Part shown: positions 51,858-64,000 of the stretch, in pieces
Layout: every line of letters starts with the position of its first letter
How positions within the stretch are numbered: position 1 is the first letter of the stretch
Assembly: GCF_006345805.1 (NCBI RefSeq)
Contig: NC_043008.1
Coordinates: forward strand, 8,556,001-8,620,000
From: Octopus sinensis
Lineage: Eukaryota
Direction: 5' to 3'
DNA: 64,000 nt
The notes under the pieces: generated by a model
Seen by the model: the letters and a program-made list of their open reading frames with translations, nothing else
Database searches by the model: none
Told to the model about the DNA's origin: nothing
Made by a program: the position numbers and the translations under genes

Positions 51858-52032
51858 ACCAGGGTCTACAACGAAATTAACGGATCACTTTGCCCGTTAT
51901 GAATACATAAACACACACACACACACAGGTATATATGTATGTGTGTATGTGTATATGTGCGCGTGTCTATGTATATATGTACGCATGTATACGCTTGTAT
52001 ATGCATATTATGGGTGGATTCAATCATATATA

Positions 52033-52278
52033 TATTTCTTTACTACCCACAAGGGGCTAAACACGGAGGGGACGAACAAGGATAGACAAACAAGGACAGA
52101 CAAACGGGTTAAGTCGATTACATCGACCCCAGTGCGAATCTGGTACTTATTTAATCGACCCCGAAAGCATGAAAGGCAAAGTCGACTTCGGGGAAATTTG
52201 AACTCAGAACGTAGCGGCAGACGAAATACGGCTACGCATTTCGCCCGGCGTGCTAACGTTTCTGCCAGCTCGCCGCCT
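52033..52278 (-). mobile_element. Family A SINE, full length
   Basis: Reverse complement of 374-603, with a short internal duplication in the tail. Confidence 0.9.
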
Positions 52279-54353
52279 TTTCGGCTGTAATTTCTGCAAC
52301 GCAAATTAACTTACTTTAGTTTTCAATAGCACTTCACACGGGCCCTAAAATGCATCGACTATTCAACTGCTGATAATATTTAATAAACTAGAAACATTTT
52401 TGTCTACCTATGCCCAGTCCAGTATATTAATTTTATTCCTGCTGGAATAAACAGGCTAGTGGGTGATGTGCAGCTTCTCACGGAGACGGAGGTAACAATT
52501 AGAAGAATACTGATGAAGGAAGCCTCATATGGTTTTGAGAAAACCTTTGCGATGGTCCAGCAGTTTGAAGATGAAGTGAGCAGAGTGGGGTCTATTTAAC
52601 TCTACTTAGACCTGTAGGCGTGTTTTGTAATGTATGTATCCTCCCTTAAATCTATTGACCGTTATGCTCGTGCAGTGACAAGCGTTGTTATAGAATGTGT
52701 GACGTCACTAAGAGGTAAGGACGCGCTAATAGGTGGTTGATAGAATTTGGACATTTTCTGACGTAGAATCGTGCAGCAAATTAATCTGCCATTCCTTGTA
52801 TGGTTGATTGGAAAAGTACCTTCAATTGTAGCCGTGCTTAATGGACGTCAGGAAACGAACAGTGCTTGTTGAGTGAAATTGGTAGACAGAAAATGGGAGA
52901 TGTGTTTGTGTATGTCCGTGTGCGTATGTCTCTATCTGTGCGTATCTGAATGCGTACGTGAGTCTCTAGGTGTGGTTGTACGTGTGAGTAATTACGTGTG
53001 TGTATGAAGTTGTGTATACCTAACCTAAAACCATGACACAAGTTGGTAAATTATTCGTAAAATACGTATTGCACGATTGCGTCTCTGAAAATATAGGAAC
53101 AATTAAATATGATCATTTAGATTTGATAGCCCCAGAATTTTGTCAGTTGTATTATCTTCGTAGGATCCAAAAGTCTAAAGTGTAATCTGGGATTAATTCC
53201 AAACAACCAATAATTCTACTATGACAATAAGACAAAACCAACAATTATATTTCTCTTCTTATTTCTTCTGAATGTATACACACACACACGCACGCACACA
53301 ATAGATACATTAATATAATATATATATTATATATATATATATATATTAATATTATATGCATGCATGTATACATCTGTGTACGTATATGTGATTATACGTT
53401 TGCAGCTGTGATAGTGATTTTGTCCTTCCGTGCAACACTGTGAGAGCATATTATAGTTTTGTTTGTATATACAGGCGCACGCACGCGCGTGTGTGCGTGT
53501 GCCTTAGGCATGAAGCTGTCTTAGACAAACTGCTGCTGTGGATTATATAGATAAACAGTTTATCATGTATGAATCTTATGCAAAAAATTCAAATTGATTA
53601 TGCTGGACACGAATACGATGTACATTATGTAGATAAGGAGAAATGCCATTGTGATCACTTGGAATATCAAATAATAATTTGTGACCTGGGTTCGAACCTG
53701 CTATTTCATAAAGAATACTTTCGCTTTTTTTGTACACACTTCCCTAAAGCAAATGAGATTTACTCCAAGATTCAGTGTACGAAGACCATATTCTCCAACA
53801 ACAATGGCTATTCTCAAAGAACACTCGCTCATTGACATGCTTACTGTCTAGCAACAAAAGTACTACTAAGTCACACACACACACACTCACACTCTTTGTA
53901 TCTTTCTATCTCTCTCTTTCACACTCACACACAAATATACACACACAACCTACATACCCACACACACTTAATGACATAGCACGTAGAATTTATACATAAA
54001 TACACACATTTGTACACTGTGTAAACATGAATATATATTATAATCTATATATGATATATATATAATATATATATATATATATCTATATATATATATATAT
54101 ACATATATATTATGTATGTGTGTGCGTCTGTATGTGTACGCATATATCTAATCGTGTATATATATGTGTGTAAATATATAGGGAGAGATAGATAGATGAT
54201 ATTTAGATACCACCATATATTCATATACATATAACCACATATATATATATTATATATATATATATATAATATATATATACATACATATACTTGTATAAGA
54301 AGTGATGGATATACATAGGTATATGAATAAACGAACATACAATATGTATATGT

Positions 54354-54409
<56 letters not shown>

Positions 54410-55582
54410 ACATATATATATATGTGTGTGTGTGTGTCTGCGTGTCTGTGTGTGTATGTGTCTCTGTGTGAAGTGTGTGTGTGTGTGCATGTATATATGT
54501 ATGTAAACACAGTCACACATATGCATATGAGTGCATGCATGCAAATCTCTATGTAAGTACATATATATATATATATCCAAATGTGTACAAATGTTACACT
54601 TAGATACCAGAATGGAATCAGGTTTCTGACCTTTCGTGATCTATGCTATATATGGCAAGATAACGTCTGTTTGTTGCATGTGGTCTGACTAGGATTTGGT
54701 ACTTCACTAATTTTGCCGAAAGCATTAGCAGAATAAGTGAAATGCTTACAAATAACGTCCGTATCAAAGACACCACTTCACTCGAAAGCATTTCGCCATT
54801 GTCACCTTCATACACACAAGTTCATGTGGATATTTGCACATGTATAATTGTGGTGCGTATATATGTGTGTGTATATCAATATATACGTATGTGTGCCTGT
54901 ATTTGTGCATATTTGTACTTGTGTGTGTGCATGTGTGTGTCCATGCGAGATTTGTGTACCTAAAAACTGTCTTTTTTGTAATAAAATATATAACCTTAGA
55001 ACTTAACAAAATGAATAGTGAAGCAAAACCATCATTTATAAAACAAAAAAACTGCATATGTATGCATTTATACAGCCATACACACGTGTATACTGCACAA
55101 GTATATAAAAAAAAATGTATGTGCGAGTGAGGAAAATACCGGTGCATATATGTATATATGTACATATATATATACATATACCTACATATATGTATATATA
55201 TATGTGTATATATATATATATATACATATATTTATATATGTATGTATGTATGTATATATGTGTACATATATGTGTATATGTATGCGTGTAGATATTTCTA
55301 TGTATGTACTTATATATGTGTGTGTGTGTGTGTGTGTCTGTGTGTATGACCATGAATGCATGCGTTTATATGATATTGCTGCTGTCGATATGTCAGTCTG
55401 GGAAAGTGTATTGATTTCTTTAATTTTACATCTTATCTTCATTTATTTATATCGCTATCTATCTATATATCTGAGTGTGTGAGTTTATGCCCATATGTAT
55501 GTGTGTGTGTGCACATGTATGTATGTAAATGTACATGCATGTGTTTGTGTGTATGTCTTTAAAAATACATATATATATATCC

Positions 55583-55629
<47 letters not shown>

Positions 55630-56267
55630 TATATATAACTGTAATACATATATATATATATATATATATAATACGGAGAGAGAGAGAGGGGGGGAGAAAG
55701 AGAGAGAGGGAGAGACAGACAGACAGACAGTGAAGAGACTAATTTATGTCGCACTACACACGATCATGTGTTTGTATTTGTGCAATTTAATGCCTTTTCT
55801 TTTCTCATTTTATATATTTTACAGCATTTCACGTAAATAGACTTTCTTTCCTACCGTATAATTTCGCTTATTTCTTGGTGTGTGTGTGTGTTTTTTTCTC
55901 CCTATGCATTTTGATGCTGGTCAGAAGGATTCTAATTCATTTTTGGTATGGATGTTACCATCCCAATGCCCTGCTTTGCATTTGGATGTCGCTAACAATT
56001 ACATACAACTTGCAGTATTTCTTTTCAAATAGTGTTATATTGTATGATAACATTTGATACACACACACGTACATGCGCACGCGAGAGTGCGTGAGTGTGT
56101 GTCTGTGTTAATGTGTCTATATATATAGACAGAGACGTACATATCGAAAACATTTTCGTGCGTAATATGACTCTAAACTATAATGGTATAAGCATTAAAA
56201 AATATGTGAAAACTTCGGTACGGTTCTATTTTACCTTATTTCACATTACGTCTACTCTCTCTCTCTC

Positions 56268-56679
56268 TTTTACTCTTTTACTTGTTTCAGTCATTCGACT
56301 GCTGCCATGCTGGAGCACCGCCCTTTAGCCGAGCAAATCGACCCCGGCACTTATTCTTTGTAAGCCCAGTACTTATTCTATCGGTCTCTTTTGCCGAACC
56401 GCTAAGTTACGGGGACGTAAATACACCAGCATCGGTTGTCAAGCAATGCTAGAGGGATAAACACAGACAAACAAACATATACATACACATACATATATTT
56501 ATATATATATACGACAGGCTTCTTTCAGTTTCTATCTACCAAATTCACTCACAAGGCAGGCATTGTTCAGCCCGGGGCTATAGCAGAAGACATTTGCCCA
56601 AGATGCCACGCAGTGGGACTGAACCCAGAACCATGTGGCTGGTTAGCAAGCTACTTATCACACAGCCACTCCTGCGCCT
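56268..56679 (-). mobile_element. Family C tRNA-derived SINE, full length
   Basis: Head AGGCGCAGGAGTGGCTGTGTG..GGGTTCAGTCCC, internal microsatellite and (AGTAAAAG)-like tail. Matches 62795-63197. Confidence 0.9.
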
Positions 56680-56849
56680 AGTGGAATTATTATTAGTATG
56701 TGCTCTAATAAAATTTGTGTACACGTTTTGACGTAGGTAGTCCTGCATATCAATTAAGAGGTAACATGCTGGTGCACACATACATATGCAAATATAAGTA
56801 AGAATATATGTGTGTGTGTATGCGTGCGTGTGTGCGTGTGTGTATGTGT

Positions 56850-57619
56850 GTGTGTGTGGGGGTGGGGGTTCTGTTCTCCTCTAGTACGTGAAAGTAACCC
56901 CACAGCGCAAAATTCTGTTATTAACACATATACAAGTTTATTCAGCACACAATTATGTCAAGTTCACTATCAAACTTTCACTACAAACTATTTCGGAAGA
57001 CTTTTAGCCAACGAATATTTGTTCCTGTTTTACCTTGTTTCCGCCTTGCTGTCAACGTCGGCGACAGCAACGTGTTATATTAATGTCGATAGTTATTAGT
57101 CGCCAGCCGGTCGTCATCAGTTCACTGAATATGTGGATGGCGGGGATGGTTGTCTTATATTTAACCACATGATAATCTATCACCGGTCGATCGTTGCTAA
57201 ATCTTAGAAATCAAGTCTCTGCTATATTTGTTAACGTGTACAGTGTCTGGCGCAAGAAATGTATTGAGTTAATGGTCAAAAGTCCAGCAGGAAGTAATGT
57301 TGCAGAAATTAAAACTAACATTCGGTATAAATTTCAAAATGTGAAAACACATACATTTAATTGTATAATTTTTACGATGATCGGAATCAGAGATACAGAA
57401 AATAGAGATGATTGCAACTTATATAAATATATAGTCGTTAAAAGAAAAAAAAAGACTTAGATCTCTAAAAAATTAAAAAAAATCCCCCAAAAAAATGTTT
57501 TCCCATGCAGCTTCAGTAGAAAGACGGCAGATTTGCGACGAATGTTGACGGATCATGAAATAAATACAAAAGCAATTTTACAGCTTTCTGTGTCATAAAT
57601 TCGCCTGATTATATACGTG

Positions 57620-57662
<43 letters not shown>

Positions 57663-58439
57663 ATGTGTGTGTGTGTGGGGGTGGGGGTTCTGTTCTCCTC
57701 TAGTACGTGAAAGTAACCCCACAGCGCAAAATTCTGTTATTAACACATATACAAGTTTATTCAGCACACAATTATGTCAAGTTCACTATCAAACTTTCAC
57801 TACAAACTATTTCGGAAGACTTTTAGCCAACGAATATTTGTTCTTGTTTTACTTTGTTTCCGCCTTGCTGTCAACGTCGGCGACAGCAACGTGTTATATT
57901 AATGTCGATAGTTATTAGTCGCCAGCCGGTCGTCATCAGTTCACTGAATATGTGGATGGCGGGGATGGTTGTCTTATATTTAACCACATGATAATCTATC
58001 ACCGGTCGATCGTTGCTAAATCTTAGAAATCAAGTCTATGCTATATTTGTTAACGTGTACAGTGTCTGGCGCAAGAAATGTATTGAGTTAATGGTCAAAA
58101 GTCCAGCAGGAAGTAATGTTGCAGAAATTAAAACTAACATTCGGTATAAATTTCAAAATGTGAAAACACATACATTTAATTGTATAATTTTTACGATGAT
58201 CGGAATCAGAGATACAGAAAATAGAGATGATTGCAACTTATATAAATATATAGTCGTTAAAAGAAAAAAAAAGACTTAGATCTCTAAAAAATAAAAAAAA
58301 ATCCCCCCAAAAAATGTTTTCCCATGCAGCTTCAGTAGAAAGACGGCAGATTTGCGACGAATGTTGACGGATCATGAAATAAATACAAAAGCAATTTTAC
58401 AGCTTTCTGTGTCATAAATTCGCCTGATTATATACGTGT
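56850..58439 (+). repeat. Tandem duplication with 819-bp period
   Basis: 56850-57620 and 57669-58439 differ at about 5 positions and are bounded by (TA)n/(TG)n. Confidence 0.95.
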
Positions 58440-58498
<59 letters not shown>

Positions 58499-58528
58499 CT
58501 ATGTATGTATATACATGTATATATATAA

Positions 58529-58569
<41 letters not shown>

Positions 58570-58704
58570 TATGCATATATGGAAATATATATGTAAATTT
58601 ATTCATTCATATTTATATATTCATATAAATATATGCATATATATATACACACATATAAATGCATTCATATATATACATATATATATATGCATGCATATGT
58701 ATAA

Positions 58705-58747
<43 letters not shown>

Positions 58748-59460
58748 TATATATATATTATATATACACATATGTAAATAAATATAAATTTTTATTTAAA
58801 TATATATATATATCATTATACATATATACACATATATAAATACACACCCGTGTGCTCAAAGCAACACACACAAACACAAGTATACAGACACACATTCATA
58901 TATACATATATAACATATACATGTATGAAAACACCATTTAAATAAGTAAAATGATTGCATATGATTCTTTTACAGTTAATATCTCTGTGAGCAGGTAATT
59001 CAAACATCGGCTTTAAATGAAATATTTACATCAGCCAGCGAAATTAATCGAAAATTGTGTGGGCAGTTTGACTACGATTATCGGAAAGCAATATCAGATT
59101 GTTGCTTTTATTTGAAAAAAAAAAAAATCCAAAAGTTATTACCACTGCGTTTAGATGTTTTCACTTCTTTCCATATAACTTTTTAATATTTGCCAGACAT
59201 TTCAACTAGACGTATATAAACATAAGTTACGACATGCCTAAACATAAACAATGAACGCACACAGTCAAAACGTCTTTCGAGATCACGTATATATATACAA
59301 GCAAATGAAATTGAATCGTATAAAATATGTGTGTATAAAAATGTGTGTGTGTATGCGTATAAAAATATGTGTGTATGTGTGTATGTGTGAGTATGCGTAT
59401 AAAAATATGTGTTCGCATGTCTATGTGTCTGTATGTATATGGCTGCATCTATGCATTTGA

Positions 59461-59497
<37 letters not shown>

Positions 59498-59555
59498 CGT
59501 GCATAATTAGCATATTTACTTTTGTATGCACGTATATAAAAGCACATTTATATAT

Positions 59556-59629
<74 letters not shown>

Positions 59630-59916
59630 CGATATAGACCGATAGATTGGATGATCGATTCAACGATAAATAGGTAGACAGATTGATAGTTATATGCATA
59701 TGCGTAAACACAAATATATAATACATAAATATAAATAAAAAATATGTACATACATAAATATATATTTACATATTGAGACATTTCCACGCAGGCAAGCACA
59801 CACGACAGCGCACACACACACACACACAAAAACAAAGTACATATATATTACATGTCACCATGATAGATCGCTAGCCACTACATATTATTTTCTCTTGTTG
59901 TTTCTTTCTGTGTTCG

Positions 59917-59950
59917 TTTCTGTGGAAGAGCGTAGGCGCGAAACGTTAAA
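59917..59950 (+). ncRNA. Candidate degenerate minimal hammerhead (U at position 6)
   Basis: TTT-CTGTGGA-A-GAGC GTAG GCGC-GAAA-CG-TT-AAA. Stem III is only the palindrome ACGT, and stem II has a mismatch. Confidence 0.33.
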
Positions 59951-60022
59951 GACTTTTCACTTCCCGAGCGTTAACACCACCTGTCTTCCTCTTTTGTTTA
60001 TTTTTTGTGAATTCTCCATATT

Positions 60023-60069
<47 letters not shown>

Positions 60070-60714
60070 ATGTGGTTAAGATTCAGTTGAATTAGGTACG
60101 TGAATTGAGGCACATTGCTAGTTCGGTATAATCTGCACACCCCAAAAATATTATTTGAATATTGAATATCAAGACTCCCTGTAGGAATATTTGTACCCAA
60201 CATTCCTATCGTTTGTTTGTGTGTTGACATCGCATCACAACTAAGTGAAGATATCCGCTCGGGATAATTCAGACACGTACTTTTTATAAAGGTACTTTCT
60301 ATAGTATTCCCGACGTGCAGATTCCAAGTTAAGTGAACAGAATATAAATAAGTATCAAAGATGTACAGGGGTAAATTCATTACGGCCGTTTCAAGCGGCT
60401 TCGTTTTATTGGTTAATGATGAAAACATTACATCCATTTGTAAGAAACCGTTTATCCTTCAAACGTAAAGGATAAACCATTTTTTAAAACAAATTTACAT
60501 CAATAATGGCAACCAAACTATTTACATTGCTTCCTTTTGTTACGACTGTGGCAGAATGAGTTTAGAAAATAATGCATACCTTTTTAAGCTTACTATAAAT
60601 TAGTGAGTAGCAGAGGGAATAATGGTGGGGGGTCATGAGAAAAAGAGTCGTGGCGCAGTTACTTATATTTAGAAGTTTTTGTGTAGTATGTAGTCTTCAA
60701 CCATTTAGAATACA

Positions 60715-61760
60715 TGGGGACTGATAGAATACGTTTTCATAAACCTAGGAATACTAAGAATATTGACCTGGTTTGGTATAACCTTCCATTTAATAGTGCA
60801 ATTTCGACTAATATATATAATAAATTTGCGGCGATTTTGGAGACAAACTTCTCAGCTTCAAATAGGAATAGCAAAATCTTCTCCCGTAGGAGAATCAGAT
60901 ATCATATTCCACCCTTCTAAATCTAGGAACATGATTATAGCCCGGTTGAACAGAAAAAATATAAACTTCGCCCGCGAGATTGATAATGATAATATTGGAT
61001 TAACCCCTAATAATAATTCGAATAATAGTAGGTATGAAGCAATCAATAATATCATGGATAATACTGAGGACCCACTCTCGGCTAGTAACAATGCACTCAT
61101 TATAACTAAGAGAGCCAATAAACCGCGGATGAAGCACCAAGTATCCCGAATGCAACCATTACTGGTTGATGGCATAACATCTAATGATATGATCCAAGGC
61201 AGCAGGGCTAAATTAAATATAAGTAATATTACCTATTATAATTATTCGAATAATGGCGAGATAACACTTCTACGAATTTGAACGGTACCTCGAATGACGA
61301 TACTATAAATGTTGATAATAGGGTAAGTAATGGTATTAATAATAACCGCAGTTGCAATTGTAGGGAAATATCCTAATGCCTGCTATTTGGTGAGTGTTTA
61401 GCTGGAAATGCCATGCATAAATGTACAGTAGTGATAGAAACCAATAACTTCATTTACATTGGACACTCTGTAAATATGAAAAATGCTTCAATAACCATTT
61501 TTCGTACTTTATACTTAGGCATAAAGCCAGCAGTACCTCATTATGTATGAAAATCTGGGGGCTCAAAGATAGTAACTGCAACTTCAGCCTAAAATGTGAT
61601 ATATTCCGTAGAGCTCAGACTTACACAAATAGCCGGTATGGATGACAACTATGTTGTATGGAGATATATGGAATATTCAAATAAAGAGATAAACAAAACC
61701 TAATTGATAATAAATTATATCTCAGAGTATTATGTGTTCATAGGATTACCTGTACGTTTA
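60715..61760 (+). mobile_element. Naiad-type PLE pseudogene fragment (RT C-terminus, long linker, GIY-YIG)
   Basis: LVWYNLPFNSAISTNIYNKF..IFSRRRI, CNCREIS*CLLFGECL, FIYIG, NNHFSYF..SSTSLCMKIWGLKD, G*QLCCME, LCVH. Confidence 0.78.
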
Positions 61761-62794
61761 GATATTTTAGAAGTGGGTAATAATAAGTATATTTGGTAGT
61801 ACGAGTTATACTCGGCGTCATACCATTCGAGGCATACCCTCTTTTATTTCGTAATGTTTTATTTCTTGTAACCCTTAACCCATTTGATCTGGAATCTTTC
61901 AATAATTATATTATATATTTACCCCCTTCATATTGACATTCGCTTCCCTCATAATAAATCTTGAACCTCCCCTAATTATAAGCTATAACTCTAGGATATG
62001 TTCTTATTCCACCTACATAAGTGTATTTCATGTATTTTACAAATATTTTATAAACCCACTTCAATCGATATTTATATTATTATTATTTTAATTTTTTTAA
62101 ATAAACTTCTTATACATATATTTTTATTCTTTTAGGGTATTTATAATAATAACATATCTAAGAATTCTTTTCAATATACCATTTGTAATTTATATCATAA
62201 TTAATAAAATAATCCTTATTTTATTTTATTTTGACTTATCCTTCTTTTTATCTTTGCTATACCTTTTATATCATTCTGTAAATAAATATTTTATAAAATA
62301 TTTATATTCTTTAATATTTCATATTATTGAATTTATGTATTTGTATGCTCTCTTATACATTTCTGTAGCTTTTATAGCTTATAAAGAGTTTATAATATCT
62401 CTTCATAAAACTCACTGTATAATACAATATCGTATTTAAATTTATAATTAAAAATGATGTGTTATAAATTTTTTATATCTATTTTCGATATTTTTATACA
62501 TTTGTATATCCTTTTATATGCGTTCCTGGTGTTTGTAATTCATAGATAAGTTTTTCATAAGGTTTTTTTATATAATTTACTGGATATGAGCATCCTTATT
62601 TTAGTATATTTTTTAACCATGCAGTATTCATTAAATCGATTTAGGTATACATTTTCTATCCCTCTAATTCAATCACTCCTTTATTCGATGCTACATTTTA
62701 CGATACCTCATATTTATCCACCCGTATCGAAGAGTCTAGTTTCTTTTTATTGCTTTAAAATATTCTATGTACTTCTACCCATATGCTCTTACAC

Positions 62795-63197
62795 TTTTAC
62801 TCTTTTACTTGTTTCAGTCATTTGACTGCGGCCATGCTGGAGCACCGCCTTTTTTAATCGAGCAACTCGACCCCGGGACTTATTCTTTTGTAAGCCCAGT
62901 ACTTATTCTATCGGTCTCTTTGGCCGAACGGTTAAGTGACGGGGACATAAACACACCAGCATCGGTTGTCAAGCAATGCTAGGGGGACAAACACAGACAC
63001 ACAAACACACACACGCATATATATATACATACATATATACGACGGGCTTCTTTCAGTTTCCGTCTACCAAATCCACTCACAAGGCTTTGGTCGGCCCGAG
63101 GCTATAGTAGAAGACACTTGCCCTAGGTGCCACGCAGTGGGACTGAACCCGGAACCATGTGGTTGGTAAACAAGCTACTTACCACACAGCCACTCCT
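62795..63197 (-). mobile_element. Family C tRNA-derived SINE, full length
   Basis: Head AGGAGTGGCTGTGTGGTAAG..CCGGGTTCAGTCCC, tail GGCGGTGCTCCAGCATGGCCGCAGTCAAATGACTGAAACAAGTAAAAGAGTAAAAG. Confidence 0.92.
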
Positions 63198-64000
63198 ATT
63201 ATATGATAATGTAATTTCGTTATACATTCAGTTTGGAATGCCTTTATCATGACCGTCTAAACAATATATTTAGAATATTTTCAATAATTATTTCTCGTAT
63301 ATCAAGGTATTCTATTATTAAGTCTTAAGATAAATTTCTATCCTTCTTCTATATATATTGATTTGATTTTTTCTCAATTTAATATTATAAGTTTGCTAAG
63401 TCATAAATTACTACCGCCCGGATCCTTCAGTTCTTATTTCCGCCTCTAAATTCTATATTAATTATCTCTTTTGGTCTTTCATTATATCCCCCGCCACCAT
63501 TTTTTGGATAATCTAAATAAGTATTGGCCACCCCTGCCCTTCTTTCTCTCAGTTATCACCCCTTCCCCATCAGGCATTTTCTTACTACCAACAGTCCAAC
63601 CTACTCTCTTATAGAGATAAAGCTAGATATATGTTTCCTGTACATTGGGAGTCTAATAGATTGTGTGACATTAATTGACTTAGCACCATTAAGTAGAATA
63701 CAGTTGACAACTCCTAATGGATTTAATTCTAAATGGTTGAAAACCACATACTACACCAAGTCATCTAAATATAAGTAACTACGTCACGAATCTTTTCATC
63801 TTGACCCCCCCCCCACTATCCCCTCTGCTACTCCCTAAATTATAGTAGGCTTAACAAGGTATACATTATTTTCTAAAATCATTCTGCAACAATAGCACAA
63901 GAAAAAAATGTAAATATTTTGGTTTCCATTATTGATGGAAATTTGTTTTTAAAAAATGCTTTATCCTTTATGTTTGACGTTTATGCGTTCATCTGAGAAC

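Noticed and set aside
52499-52545. CTGATGA..GAAA motif, and a short frame RRILMKEASYGFEKTFAMVQQFED faintly like Gypsy gag
   Set aside because: No stem III/NUH/stem I for a ribozyme, and the gag resemblance is too short to support.
54600-54840. Short open frames on both strands in unique sequence
   Set aside because: No homology recognised, and the splice sites are unconvincing.

Overview
AT-rich, repeat-dominated eukaryotic DNA. The SINE types, mariner remnant and dense (TA)n/(CA)n tracts suggest a cephalopod (Octopus-like) genome; this is an inference. No host protein-coding gene could be identified, and most of the six-frame ORFs are microsatellite translations. The window holds about 25 SINE copies from several families, three LINE fragments (RTE, a young CR1-type, an old L2/CR1-superfamily), a mariner remnant, an 819-bp tandem duplication and about ten Penelope-like element (PLE) remnants. 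The PLE remnants fall into two types (Penelope/Poseidon-type and Naiad-type) plus ORF-less pseudo-LTRs. The main signal is a set of hammerhead ribozyme (HHR) motifs in the PLE pseudo-LTRs. Four copies of one family lie on both strands, two of them fused into a perfect 120-bp palindrome. Other families carry compensatory core variants at the 3-8 pair (U3-A8, A3-U8), and one canonical core has a long stem II. Four insertions are fold-back (inverted) structures, and in three of them a junction falls in or just beside the ribozyme. A SINE 3' tail also shares a compensatorily co-varying stem-loop with the 3' UTR of the CR1-type LINE in the same window. All ribozyme folds were done by eye and no activity is shown.
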